Source of the DNA: Pseudomonadales bacterium | GTDB taxonomy: Bacteria; Pseudomonadota; Gammaproteobacteria; Pseudomonadales; UBA7239 | Assembly (NCBI GenBank): GCA_046347205.1 | Contig: JAXMGN010000002.1 | Coordinates: 222,224-286,223 of the forward strand | DNA: 64,000 nucleotides | Direction: 5' to 3' | Part shown: piece by piece, positions 19,787 through 30,397 of the stretch | Layout of the letters: each line of letters opens with the position of its first letter | Numbering within the stretch: the first letter of the stretch is position 1 | The notes under the pieces: generated by a model | The model's database searches: none | What the model was told of the DNA's origin: nothing | Seen by the model: only the letters and a program-made list of their open reading frames with translations | Program-made: the position numbers and the translations under genes

Positions 19787-21678
19787 TCGTTTTATCTGAA
19801 ATCAGTTTGCAGCGTGGCGTACAAACGCTGTTGGAAAAGGCATCACTGCGTATCAATCCTGGGCAGCATATCGGGATTACTGGGCGCAACGGCTGCGGGA
19901 AATCCAGTTTGTTTCAATTGCTACAAGGTGAAATGCAACTGGATGCAGGCAGCATTTCTGTGCCACCTAACTGGCGCATGGCACACATGGCGCAAGAAGT
20001 GTCGTCCAGTGATAGAACAGCCTTGGATTATGTATTGGACGGCGATAAAGAATTGCGCCGCGTGCAAGCGGTGATTGCGCAAGCTGAAATGGATGAAGAC
20101 AATAATGCGCTGGCACACGGCTATGCCGATTTGGAAGCGCTGCACGGTTACGACGCGGATTATCGCGCCGAACAATTGCTGCACGGTTTGGGATTTTTGC
20201 AAGCACAATGCCACTTGCCAGTGAACAGTTTTTCGGGTGGTTGGCGCATACGTTTGAATTTGGCGCAGGCTTTAATTTCACGCTCCGATTTGTTGCTGCT
20301 TGATGAACCGACTAACCACTTGGATTTAGAAGCTACGCTGTGGTTGGAGCAGTGGTTGAAGGCGTATCCAGGTACTTTGTTGATTATTTCTCACGACAGA
20401 GAGTTTTTGGATAATGTCGTGGATGGCATTGTTCATGTTGAAAATCAGCAGCTTAATTATTATCGCGGCAACTATTCCAGTTTTGAAAAAGCGCGTGCTG
20501 TACGCTTGGCAGAGACGCAGGCCTCCTTTGATAAGCAGCAACGCCGTGTGGCGGAGATTGAAGATTTTGTGCGCCGTTTTCGCGCCAAAGCTTCAAAAGC
20601 CAAACAAGCGCAGAGCCGTATTAAAGAATTGGAGCGTATGGAGTTAATTTCTCTAGCGCATGTGGATTCTCCTTTTCATTTTTCATTTCGAGACAGCGAA
20701 AAAACGTCATCTCCATTATTGGTGTTGCGCGACGCAGACATTGGTTACGGAGAGCGTGCGTTGCTGCAAAAAGTGCATGTGAACTTGCAACCTGGCGCGC
20801 GCATTGGTTTGTTGGGTGTGAACGGCGCAGGCAAATCCACCTTGATTAAAGCATTGGTGGGGGATTTGCCGTTGTTGGCTGGTGAACGCGTGATGGGTGA
20901 GCATTTGGCGATAGGCTATTTTGCGCAACACCAGTTGGAAGCCTTGGATATGAATGCCAGTGCACTGTTGCATATTCAGCGCATCTCGCCTTCGGCGACA
21001 GAGCAATCCATACGCAATTTTTTGGGCAGTTTTGATTTTCACGCGGATAAAGCCCTAGAGCCTATTGCACCATTTTCTGGCGGTGAAAAAGCGCGTTTGG
21101 CTTTGGCGATGGTGGTGTGGCAGCGCCCAAATTTATTATTGCTGGATGAGCCGACGAACCACTTGGATTTGGAAATGCGCGAGGCCTTAACCGAGGCGCT
21201 CTTGGGCTACGGTGGTGCGCTGGTGGTGATTTCGCATGATCGTCACTTGCTGCGCAACAGTGTGGATGAGTTTTGGCGCGTGCATGATGGCGCGGTGACA
21301 GAATTTGACGGCACCTTGGAGGATTATCACAAGCAGCTGCACAAACCCAGCGCGGCAGTTGCAGAGCGACCATTGCAAACGCAAAATACGGAGCAAGACC
21401 GCAAAGTGCAGCGCAAGCAGTCGGCGCAGTCGCGTCAAGCACAGGCACCTCTGCGCAAACGGATAGGTGAGTTGGAAAAGCAAATGGCCAGCCGCCAAAA
21501 GCAGTTGGCAGATATAGAACAAAAATTGTCAGATGCTGCTTTGTATGAAGCAGCACAAAAATTGCAGTTACAAAAAATACTGGAAGAGCAGGGCGTTTTG
21601 CGCAAGCAAATTGACGATTTAGAAACGGAATGGCTTGCTGTGCAAGAGCAACTGGAATCAACTAGCGAAGACTCATAG
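19783..21678 (+). CDS. yheS: ABC-F family ATPase, YheS type
   Basis: 631 aa with two ABC cassettes (GRNGCGKSS and GVNGAGKST; FSGGWRIRLNLAQAL and FSGGEKARLALA). It has a C-terminal coiled-coil tail. The N-terminus aligns with E. coli YheS (MIVFSSLQIRRGVRVLL). Confidence 0.88.
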   Translation: MIVLSEISLQRGVQTLLEKASLRINPGQHIGITGRNGCGKSSLFQLLQGEMQLDAGSISVPPNWRMAHMAQEVSSSDRTALDYVLDGDKELRRVQAVIAQAEMDEDNNALAHGYADLEALHGYDADYRAEQLLHGLGFLQAQCHLPVNSFSGGWRIRLNLAQALISRSDLLLLDEPTNHLDLEATLWLEQWLKAYPGTLLIISHDREFLDNVVDGIVHVENQQLNYYRGNYSSFEKARAVRLAETQASFDKQQRRVAEIEDFVRRFRAKASKAKQAQSRIKELERMELISLAHVDSPFHFSFRDSEKTSSPLLVLRDADIGYGERALLQKVHVNLQPGARIGLLGVNGAGKSTLIKALVGDLPLLAGERVMGEHLAIGYFAQHQLEALDMNASALLHIQRISPSATEQSIRNFLGSFDFHADKALEPIAPFSGGEKARLALAMVVWQRPNLLLLDEPTNHLDLEMREALTEALLGYGGALVVISHDRHLLRNSVDEFWRVHDGAVTEFDGTLEDYHKQLHKPSAAVAERPLQTQNTEQDRKVQRKQSAQSRQAQAPLRKRIGELEKQMASRQKQLADIEQKLSDAALYEAAQKLQLQKILEEQGVLRKQIDDLETEWLAVQEQLESTSEDS

Positions 21679-21690
21679 CAGGAGAAAAGT

Positions 21691-22893
21691 ATGATGGCGA
21701 CAGGATTGCAAAAATGTTTTTCAGAAGCGTCATTAAATGGTTTGACGTTACGCAATCGCATTATCAAAGCGGGCACGTTTGAAGGCAAAACGCCGCACGG
21801 TTTACCCTCTGCAGATTTAACTGAGTTGCATCGCCGCATTGGTGAGGGTGGCACAGGCATGACGACGATTGCCTACTGCGCCGCAGAAAATAATGGCCGC
21901 CTGCATGCCGACATGATGTACATGGATGAATACGTACGCGAGCCGCTGTCGCAAATGATTGCCACCATCAAAACAACCGGAGCCAAAGTATCTGGCCAGT
22001 TATCGCACGCAGGTGCGATGACAAAAAATAGTGAGATGGAAGGTTGGGTGGCAAAGAGCGCTTCGTTCGGCCCTAATTTATTGGGCATGGCTTATGGTCG
22101 TTTTTTATCGCTGGGCATGACGCGCCCGCAGTTGCGCGCACGCACACAGGCAATGGCACGCGCAGCGGCATTTATGCGCTCGGTGGGTTTTGATGCCATC
22201 GAAATTCATTTTGGACACGGCTACGGCTTGAGTCAGTTTATGTCGCCCATTACCAATCGTCGCAGTGATGAATACGGCGGCAGCGTAGCAAATCGCATGC
22301 GCTTTCCCTTGGAAGTTTTGGCGGCTGTACGCAAAGCGGTGGGCAGTGATTTTCCTCTGTTGGGAAAAATTAGTATGTCGGACGGTGTGCGCGGCGGCAC
22401 GACGTATGAGCAGTCATTAGAAATGGTTGCGTTACTGGATAATGCAGGTTTGGATTGCGTTATTCCCAGCGATGGCACCAGTTCCATGAATCCAATGATG
22501 ATTTTTCAGGGTGACAGCATTCAACCGGGTTTGATCGAACATGAAACCAATCCCTTGATGAAAGTGGCACTGAAAGCCATCGGTGGAAAACTGTTTCGTC
22601 ATTATCCCTATCACGAAACGTATTTATTGGAAAATGCACTACGCATACGCGAGCGCGTAAAAAAAGGCGCTGTGTGTTATGTGGGCGGTGTAGATAGCAA
22701 TGCCGCCATAGAGCGTGTGATGGGCGACGGTTTTGATTTTATTCAACTGGGTCGCCCGTTATTGTTTGATCCTGACTTTGTCAAAAACGCGCAGGCCGAT
22801 ACAAACTATGTGAATGGCTGCACGCACTGCAATCAATGCGCGGGTTTGATTGAAGCGCCAGGTGGTATTCGTTGCACCGTGCGTCAAGCGTAA
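21691..22893 (+). CDS. NADH:flavin oxidoreductase, Old Yellow Enzyme family
   Basis: 400 aa with the TIM-barrel OYE pattern: LRNRIIKAGT, QLSHAGA, FDAIEIHFGHGYGLSQFMSP, NRRSDEYGGS. Confidence 0.85.
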   Translation: MMATGLQKCFSEASLNGLTLRNRIIKAGTFEGKTPHGLPSADLTELHRRIGEGGTGMTTIAYCAAENNGRLHADMMYMDEYVREPLSQMIATIKTTGAKVSGQLSHAGAMTKNSEMEGWVAKSASFGPNLLGMAYGRFLSLGMTRPQLRARTQAMARAAAFMRSVGFDAIEIHFGHGYGLSQFMSPITNRRSDEYGGSVANRMRFPLEVLAAVRKAVGSDFPLLGKISMSDGVRGGTTYEQSLEMVALLDNAGLDCVIPSDGTSSMNPMMIFQGDSIQPGLIEHETNPLMKVALKAIGGKLFRHYPYHETYLLENALRIRERVKKGAVCYVGGVDSNAAIERVMGDGFDFIQLGRPLLFDPDFVKNAQADTNYVNGCTHCNQCAGLIEAPGGIRCTVRQA

Positions 22894-22897
22894 AAAG

Positions 22898-23971
22898 TTA
22901 GGTATAAATGCGTGGCACGCGCGCAGAAACAGAAGTGAGCAATTCGTAAGCAATGCTGCCAGCCGCTTGCGCCACTTCTGTGACCGAAACTGTGTTGCCC
23001 CACAGCTCCACATAATCGCCCATTAGCGGTTTTTGGGTTAAATCTGTGCAATCAATAGCAATCGTGTCCATCGACACGCGTCCCACCACCGGTGCGCGCT
23101 GCCCGTTAAAACCTACTGTGCTGTGATTGAGTGCTGTGATGGGGTAGCCATCGGCATAACCGGCTGCAACAAACGCGATACAAGAATCTTTTTTTGCGCA
23201 CCAGCGTTGGTTATAGCCTGTGGTTTCGCCTGCAGGAATTATGCGCGTAGCAATGACTTGTGCTTCTAACTGCATCACGGGCTGTAACTTGTGTAGTGAA
23301 TTTTCTAAAGGATTGATGCCGTACATCATCAAGCCAGGACGCAACCAACCGCGATGCGCAGCAGGCCACGCCAAAATACCAGCAGAATTGGCAAGACTGT
23401 GATTACTTAAAGCTAAATGGTTTGTGTGCTCTGCGTAGCATTGAATTTGTTTTTCTGTAGTGTTTTTTTCTGGCTCATCCGCGCAAGAAAAATGCGTCAT
23501 GCCGATAATTTCACTGCACCACGGTAAAGCGCGCAGTTGTTGAAAAGCGTGTGCATATTGTGTGGGATGAAAGCCGAGGCGATGCATGCCGGAATCCATC
23601 TTCTGCCACAGATGCGTTTTATGTGCTGCGCGATAATCGTGTGCAGCCAGCAGTGTGAGATGCGTGGGATCGTGCACCACAATATCCAGTTGCAGTGCAA
23701 TAGCAGCAGACAGTTCTGTGTCGTTACTGACACCGCACATCAATATCAGGCGACCTTGGTATTGTGCATCGCGTAAAGTTTTTGCTTCTTCTAAACGCGC
23801 CACAGCGAGCGCATCCGTGTATTGTGCGACGGTCGACAGTAATCCCACAGCGCCATGACCGTAAGCATCGGCTTTGACGACGGCAAGAATAGGGTTACTA
23901 GGTGCCAAGCAGCGAATCAGCGCAAGATTGCTAATGAGGGCGGCGGTATTGATATGGGCGCGGGTTTTCAT
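22898..23971 (-). CDS. alr: Alanine racemase
   Basis: 357 aa with the PLP-lysine motif AVVKADAYGHG and a C-terminal VSMDTIAIDCT...YELLTSVSARVPRIY. Confidence 0.95.
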   Translation of the reverse strand: MKTRAHINTAALISNLALIRCLAPSNPILAVVKADAYGHGAVGLLSTVAQYTDALAVARLEEAKTLRDAQYQGRLILMCGVSNDTELSAAIALQLDIVVHDPTHLTLLAAHDYRAAHKTHLWQKMDSGMHRLGFHPTQYAHAFQQLRALPWCSEIIGMTHFSCADEPEKNTTEKQIQCYAEHTNHLALSNHSLANSAGILAWPAAHRGWLRPGLMMYGINPLENSLHKLQPVMQLEAQVIATRIIPAGETTGYNQRWCAKKDSCIAFVAAGYADGYPITALNHSTVGFNGQRAPVVGRVSMDTIAIDCTDLTQKPLMGDYVELWGNTVSVTEVAQAAGSIAYELLTSVSARVPRIYT

Positions 23972-24054
23972 GTATTCAGCAGTGAATGATGCGGTTCCAT
24001 GATACTAACTTGCTGCTAGACTGACGAGCAGCACACGGGCTGGAGTAGAAAAAA

Positions 24055-24954
24055 ATGTCCAAACACTTTGGCAGCAAACTGGTGATCGCGATTTCTTCGC
24101 GCGCACTGTTTGATTTGGATGCCAGTCACGCCATTTACGAGCGAGAGGGATTGGCGGCCTACGCCGCGCATCAGGTAGCCAATGAAGACAATCCACTGCA
24201 ACCAGGGGGTGCGTTCCCTCTGGTGCGCAAACTGCTCGCTATCAATAGTCAGCTCGGTGACGAGCCGCGTGTGGAAGTGATTCTTTTATCGCGCAACACG
24301 GCGGATACTGGGCTGCGCATTTTTAATTCAATCCAGCATTACGGTTTGCCAATAGTGCGCGCGGCGTTTTGTGGTGGGCATTCGCCGTATCCGTATGCCA
24401 CAGCTTTTGGCTGTCATTTATTTCTTTCCACCGAAGCGGAAGATGTGCGTTTGGCGCTGGAAAATGGCTTAGCTGCCGCCACCTTATTGCCCTCTTCAAA
24501 CGTACAAAAAGAAGGTGGAGAAATTCGCTTTGCATTCGATGGTGATGCGGTTTTGTTTTCCGATGAGGCAGAGCGCGTGTATAAAACACGCGGTTTGGAT
24601 GCGTTTGCTGCCAGCGAAAAAGCAGCGGCACACGAGCCTTTAAGCGGCGGCCCGTTTAAGCCGTTTTTGCAGGCTTTGCAAAGTTTACAAGCGGAATTTA
24701 CCAATGATACTTGTCCCATTCGCACGGCATTGGTGACAGCGCGTTCAGCGCCAGCGCATGAGCGCGTGATCCGCACGCTGCGCGCTTGGCAAATTCGTAT
24801 TGATGAATCACTCTTTCTCGGCGGTTTAGCCAAAGGTGAGTTTTTGCGCGCCTACGGTGCCGATGTTTTTTTTGATGATCAGCAGGGGCATTGCGATTCT
24901 GCCTCACAACATGTGCCAACCGGCCATGTGCCACATGGTGTTGCCAATGAGTAA
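24055..24954 (+). CDS. Cytosolic 5'-nucleotidase family protein (5-nucleotidase/PF06189-like)
   Basis: 299 aa with LVIAISSRALFDL, RVEVILLSRN, FAFDGDAVLFSDEAERVY, TARSAPAHERVIRTLR and FFDDQ. This recalls the bacterial IMP/GMP 5'-nucleotidase family; the assignment is from memory of that family. Confidence 0.7.
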   Translation: MSKHFGSKLVIAISSRALFDLDASHAIYEREGLAAYAAHQVANEDNPLQPGGAFPLVRKLLAINSQLGDEPRVEVILLSRNTADTGLRIFNSIQHYGLPIVRAAFCGGHSPYPYATAFGCHLFLSTEAEDVRLALENGLAAATLLPSSNVQKEGGEIRFAFDGDAVLFSDEAERVYKTRGLDAFAASEKAAAHEPLSGGPFKPFLQALQSLQAEFTNDTCPIRTALVTARSAPAHERVIRTLRAWQIRIDESLFLGGLAKGEFLRAYGADVFFDDQQGHCDSASQHVPTGHVPHGVANE

Positions 24955-24975
24955 TGCAGAAAAAAGAGTTGTGCA

Positions 24976-25950
24976 ATGAAGTTGCAGCAACTGCGTTATA
25001 TCTTGGAAGTGTCACGCCAAGGGTTAAATATTTCCTCGGCGGCTGAAAGTTTGCACACATCACAGCCTGGCATCAGCAAACAAATTCGTTTGCTGGAAGA
25101 AGAATTGGGCGTGGAAATTTTTACGCGTAGTGGTAAACACCTTACGCATATCACGCAGGCGGGTGAAGTGATTTTGCAGGGAGCGGAAGAAATTTTGCGC
25201 CGCGCTGACAGTTTGCGGCAAATCGCAAAAGAGTTTAACGAGCCGGGAAAAGGCAGTTTGAGTATTGCTACCACGCATACACAGGCGCGCTATGCTTTAC
25301 CCGAAGTGATTGCCGCTTTTACCAAGCAATATCCAGAAATCTCCCTGCATATTCATCAGGGAACGCCCACGCAAATTGCGCAAATGGCAGCAGCGGGCGA
25401 GGTGGATATTGCTATTGCGACCGAGGCAATGGAGCAGTTTTCTGAATTGATTACGCTGCCGTGCTATCGCTGGAATCGCTGTGTGTTAGTGCCGCGTACG
25501 CATCCGCTGTGCGAACTGCCATCGCTCACGCTAGAAGCCATCGCGCAATACCCTATCGTGACCTATGTTTCGGGTTTTACAGGGCGTTCCAAGCAAGATG
25601 CTGCGTTTTTGCGCGAGCATTTAATTCCGCAAGTGGTGTTCACCGCAACGGATGCTGACGTCATTAAAACCTATGTGCGTTTGGGTTTGGGTATTGGCAT
25701 CATTGCGCACATGGCGTTTGATGCAGCGACAGACAATGATTTGGTTGCGCTAGATGCCAGCCATTTGTTTGAATCCAGTGTGACGCGTTTAGGTATACGG
25801 CGCGGCACATTCGTGCGTGGTTATTTGTACGATTTTATTGCACGCTTTGCGCCACATTTGAATAAACAGTGCGTGATGGCTGCCTCACAATTAACAACAG
25901 CCGCCGAGCGTGTTGCACTGTTTGCGGGTATTGATTTGCCCGTGCGTTAG
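24976..25950 (+). CDS. cysB: LysR-family transcriptional regulator, CysB type
   Basis: 324 aa. MKLQQLRYILEVSRQGLNISSAAESLHTSQPGISKQIRLLEEELGVEIFTRSGKHL is very close to the CysB/Cbl N-terminus. Confidence 0.88.
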   Translation: MKLQQLRYILEVSRQGLNISSAAESLHTSQPGISKQIRLLEEELGVEIFTRSGKHLTHITQAGEVILQGAEEILRRADSLRQIAKEFNEPGKGSLSIATTHTQARYALPEVIAAFTKQYPEISLHIHQGTPTQIAQMAAAGEVDIAIATEAMEQFSELITLPCYRWNRCVLVPRTHPLCELPSLTLEAIAQYPIVTYVSGFTGRSKQDAAFLREHLIPQVVFTATDADVIKTYVRLGLGIGIIAHMAFDAATDNDLVALDASHLFESSVTRLGIRRGTFVRGYLYDFIARFAPHLNKQCVMAASQLTTAAERVALFAGIDLPVR

Positions 25951-25965
25951 TTGTTTTTTGATGAT

Positions 25966-27807
25966 TTAGCGCAAAGGTGCGCGGCATTCCCAACAGCGCA
26001 CATACACATGGTTGGGGTCATTAAAACGCTGCAAAGTATTGATGCTTTGCAATGCAGGCAGACGCGTTAACCATTGTGCCCACTGCGTCAGTTGTTTGGG
26101 TAAAAACGTGGCGCTAAATAATTGCTGTTTGAACGATTCCCAAGGGCTGAGTTCTGGCTCTAAAAAATCAGGTTCGTATTGTTTGAGATTGGCGAGGCGC
26201 GCAGCGGCGGCGATGGCATCATCCAACTCGCCGATGTGATCCACTAAACCAATTTGTTGCGCGTGTTTGCCTGTCCACACGCGACCTTGTGCAATGCTGT
26301 CGATAGCTTCGGGCGTGCGTTTGCGCCCTGTTGCCACTAAACGCAAAAATTCTTGGTAAGTAAATTCAACACCTTGCTGCAAAACGCGCGCTGCCATGGG
26401 GCTGATCGGTCTGTCCATGGTTTGTGCGGCGATGTCTGCTAAAGCATTGGTGCTGTAGCCATCGCTGTGTACGCCCCAGCGGCTCAAAGTATTTTCTAAA
26501 GTGGGCACGATACCAAACACGCCGATGGAGCCGGTGATGGTAGTGGCAGAAGCCCAAATTTCATTGGCGCTGGCGGCGATCCAATAACCACCCGAGGCGG
26601 CTACGCCGCTCATAGAAGCCACCACAGGTTTGCCATCTGCTTGCGCAGCGGCGAGCTCACTGCGAATTAATTCAGCGGCAAAGGCGCTGCCGCCAGGGCT
26701 GTCTATACGCAACACAATGGCGGCAGTGTTGTCGTCTTCACGCGCATCACGAATCAGTGATGCTAGGGTTTCTGCCCCCACAGTGCCTGCCGGTTGATAG
26801 CCCTCCACAATATCGCCACTGGCTTGTATCACGGCAATCTGACGCGTTTTTTCTAACAAGCGACTGGGCTCTTTGCGCTCCATGGTGAGATGGTAGTAAG
26901 CCTCGGCATCGACCGTGTTGGGTTTGTCGCTGCCCGCAAGTGTGTTGATAATTTTTTCAGCTTCTTGGCGCGTAGCCAGCGCATCCACCAAACCGTATTG
27001 CTGTGCCAGTTTGGCCGCGTTGTTTTGGTTTTGTGCGAGGAGAGTATCTTGCTGGTTGATAAAATTATCCACACCGCCTGCGGATAATTTGCGGCGTTGT
27101 TCTATTGTTTGACGATAAAAACGCCACTGTTCATTGATCCACTGCGTTAAATTTTCGCGTGCTTCGGGTGACATGTCGTTGCGCACAAAAGGCTCGACAA
27201 ACGCTTTGAATTGACCGGCGCGAAAAACGTGTACGTTGATGGCCAATGTGTCGAGCAAATCTTTCAGGTAATTTTGATACGCGCTGAAGCCGTACAGTTG
27301 CACGCTGCCCATCGGGTTGAGGTAGATTTTGTCGGCCACGCTGGCGAGGTAGTACTGTCCTTGGCTGAAATTATCGCCAATTGCAATCACGGGTTTTTTA
27401 CTGTCCTTAAAGGCGATGATGGCTTGAGTTAATGCATCCAGCTTACTTAAGTCCGCGCCTTCCAGTTGATCGGTTTGAATCACAATGCCTTTGATGTGTT
27501 TATCGTGTTGCGCCCAACGTATTGCCGATGCCAATTCATGCAACACACTTTCGGCTGGTGCTTCATCTTCGCTTTGTTGCAACAGTGAGCTGAATGAATT
27601 GTCATAGCTGCGTTGCTCAACAATGGTTTTTCCCGGCTGCACATACAGCAGAGTGCCTTCTTTCAAAGCCGCTTTTCTGCCATCGTGCAGTAGCACGGCG
27701 GCAACCAACACAAGTGTGGTCAGCAGTAAGAGATTAGCAAGCGTGCTGCGCAGCCAGCTGAGTGCATGCCAAGGCCAAATAAAAACGGCAGAGAATATTT
27801 TTTTCAT
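25966..27807 (-). CDS. sppA: Signal peptide peptidase SppA, 67K type
   Basis: 613 aa with an N-terminal TM segment and two ClpP/crotonase-like halves. The catalytic region is MSGVAASGGYWIA and the lysine region is GRVWTG. Confidence 0.92.
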   Translation of the reverse strand: MKKIFSAVFIWPWHALSWLRSTLANLLLLTTLVLVAAVLLHDGRKAALKEGTLLYVQPGKTIVEQRSYDNSFSSLLQQSEDEAPAESVLHELASAIRWAQHDKHIKGIVIQTDQLEGADLSKLDALTQAIIAFKDSKKPVIAIGDNFSQGQYYLASVADKIYLNPMGSVQLYGFSAYQNYLKDLLDTLAINVHVFRAGQFKAFVEPFVRNDMSPEARENLTQWINEQWRFYRQTIEQRRKLSAGGVDNFINQQDTLLAQNQNNAAKLAQQYGLVDALATRQEAEKIINTLAGSDKPNTVDAEAYYHLTMERKEPSRLLEKTRQIAVIQASGDIVEGYQPAGTVGAETLASLIRDAREDDNTAAIVLRIDSPGGSAFAAELIRSELAAAQADGKPVVASMSGVAASGGYWIAASANEIWASATTITGSIGVFGIVPTLENTLSRWGVHSDGYSTNALADIAAQTMDRPISPMAARVLQQGVEFTYQEFLRLVATGRKRTPEAIDSIAQGRVWTGKHAQQIGLVDHIGELDDAIAAAARLANLKQYEPDFLEPELSPWESFKQQLFSATFLPKQLTQWAQWLTRLPALQSINTLQRFNDPNHVYVRCWECRAPLR

Positions 27808-28147
27808 GAACGGGTTTTCCAGCGTACAAAAAGCAGTGCCGCAGTAAAGAGAGCAAGCACCAGCACAGCCATGCCGCTATAGAAAGCCGTATGTGCTGTT
27901 ACAAAAGCATTGGCGATAGCTGAGAGAAAGTGAAACAAAATCATAAAACACAACCAAATACCGCTGCGCGCATTTTGTTTGAGCAAGCCTGGCAAAATCA
28001 GCAATAGCGGAACCGTTTGTATCAGCAAAACGGGCAGAAAAAAATGCGTGCGCACAAAGGCATGGTCAATCGTGAGCGCGATAAGCAGTGTTGCGTACAG
28101 CGCGACAGTCAGTTGCCAAGCGCGTTGAGACTTTTCAGCATTGTTCA

Positions 28148-28148
<1 letters not shown>
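27804..28148 (-). CDS. DUF2069-like small membrane protein
   Basis: 114 aa from MNNAEKSQRAW..., with four hydrophobic segments. Its ATG overlaps the wrbA stop by 1 nt (TAATG) and its stop overlaps the sppA start (ATGA). The longer ORF-track start at 28205 would overlap wrbA by 58 nt. Confidence 0.6.
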
Positions 28149-29097
<949 letters not shown>

Positions 29098-29177
29098 AAG
29101 AGGGTCAACTTGGTAAGTTAGTGATGCAGTTCACAAAAATACAACGAAAACAAAACTGTCCGTCAAGGGGGAATGCC

Positions 29178-29651
29178 ATGTTAAAGGATAAACGAACGCC
29201 ACGCTTTGCTCTGTTGCTTGTCGCTGCACTGATGTTGCTGGCCTGTAGTAAAGAGCCGCCACCAGCGGTATTGCACACGGTGGAGGGCAATGTTTTGCAG
29301 CCTGCGGATTGGCAGGGTAAATGGGTTTACATCAACTATTGGGCGGAGTGGTGCAAGCCATGTGCAGAAGAGATTCCTGTGCTGAACAAGTTTGCCGCGG
29401 AACATTCCAATGTCTTGGTGGTGGGTGTTAATTTCGATAACCCAGAAAATGTTGCTGCGCTACAGCAGATAAGCCGCATGCGTATTGAATTTGCCGTGGT
29501 GACCAATGACAGCGCGCAAACCGTGTTTCCGCATTCAGTCCCTACCGGCTTGCCCGGCACGATTGTGGTGAACCCAGAAGGAAAAGTGCTGCGCACACTG
29601 CAAGGGCCGCAAACAGAATCCACCTTGTTGCAGGCGCAGACTAGTCAGTAG
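29178..29651 (+). CDS. TlpA-family thiol:disulfide oxidoreductase lipoprotein
   Basis: It has a lipobox (LLLVAALMLLAC-S) and the thioredoxin motif WAEWCKPC. The start at ATG 29178 has the Shine-Dalgarno aagggggaa; the track start at 29121 lacks one. Confidence 0.85.
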   Translation: MLKDKRTPRFALLLVAALMLLACSKEPPPAVLHTVEGNVLQPADWQGKWVYINYWAEWCKPCAEEIPVLNKFAAEHSNVLVVGVNFDNPENVAALQQISRMRIEFAVVTNDSAQTVFPHSVPTGLPGTIVVNPEGKVLRTLQGPQTESTLLQAQTSQ

Positions 29652-29652
29652 C

Positions 29653-30393
29653 TCACCCACCCAAATACGCCGCTTTGACGGCAGGATTATTCAGCAGCGC
29701 GCTTGCCGCATCGTGCAGGGTGATTTCGCCGTGTTCCATTACATAGCCGCGCTGCGCGAGTGCCAGCGCGAGCTGGGCGTTCTGTTCCACCAGTAACACG
29801 CTCACGCCTTCGCGGTTGATGGTGTTAATCACGTCAAAAATCTTTTGCACGAGGATGGGAGCCAGCCCCATGCTCGGTTCGTCGAGCAACAGCAAGCGCG
29901 GTTTGCTCATCAGCGCACGCGCGATGGCCACCATTTGCTGCTCGCCGCCCGACAGCGTGCCGGCCGCTTGCGCTCGCCGCTCTGCCAAACGCGGGAACAG
30001 CGAGTAGGCGTGTTCAATGTCGTGCTGGATGGCGTGTTTGTCACTGCGGCTGTACGCACCCATTTGCAGGTTTTCCAGCACGGTCATTTCAGGGAAGATG
30101 CCGCGACCCTCCGGCACCAGCGCCAAGCCCTTGCTAGCCAAACTGTGCGCCGGTGCGCCCTCGATGTTTTCACCGCTGAACAGAATTTGCCCGTGCGTGG
30201 GTTTGAGCAGGCTGGCGATGCTTTTCAGCAGGGTGCTTTTGCCCGCGCCATTGGCGCCGATGAGAGACACCAGTTCCCCTGGCATCACATGCAGGGAAAC
30301 TTGGCGCAGGGCTTGAATCGCGCCGTAGCTGACATCAATGGCGTTAACGGCGAGCAGCGCATCCGCGTGAGCGGTGGAATGGGTAGACATCAA
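29653..30393 (-). CDS. livF: Branched-chain amino acid ABC transporter ATP-binding protein, LivF type (no cognate livHMGK genes adjacent)
   Basis: 246 aa that aligns with E. coli LivF along its full length: GANGAGKSTLL, VPEGRGIFPEMTVLENL, LSGGEQQMVAIARALMSKPRLLLLDEPSMGLAP, LVEQNA, AAYLGG. Confidence 0.88.
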   Translation of the reverse strand: MMSTHSTAHADALLAVNAIDVSYGAIQALRQVSLHVMPGELVSLIGANGAGKSTLLKSIASLLKPTHGQILFSGENIEGAPAHSLASKGLALVPEGRGIFPEMTVLENLQMGAYSRSDKHAIQHDIEHAYSLFPRLAERRAQAAGTLSGGEQQMVAIARALMSKPRLLLLDEPSMGLAPILVQKIFDVINTINREGVSVLLVEQNAQLALALAQRGYVMEHGEITLHDAASALLNNPAVKAAYLGG

Positions 30394-30397
30394 TCAA

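Noticed and set aside
21062-21661. 199-aa minus-strand ORF (similar cases at 29845-30552, 50200-50673, 50872-51399, 51812-52330 and 46332-47026)
   Set aside because: All lie opposite strongly supported genes (yheS, livF/2OG oxygenase, ydeP/M15, phosphoketolase-like). Their translations are biased and motif-free.
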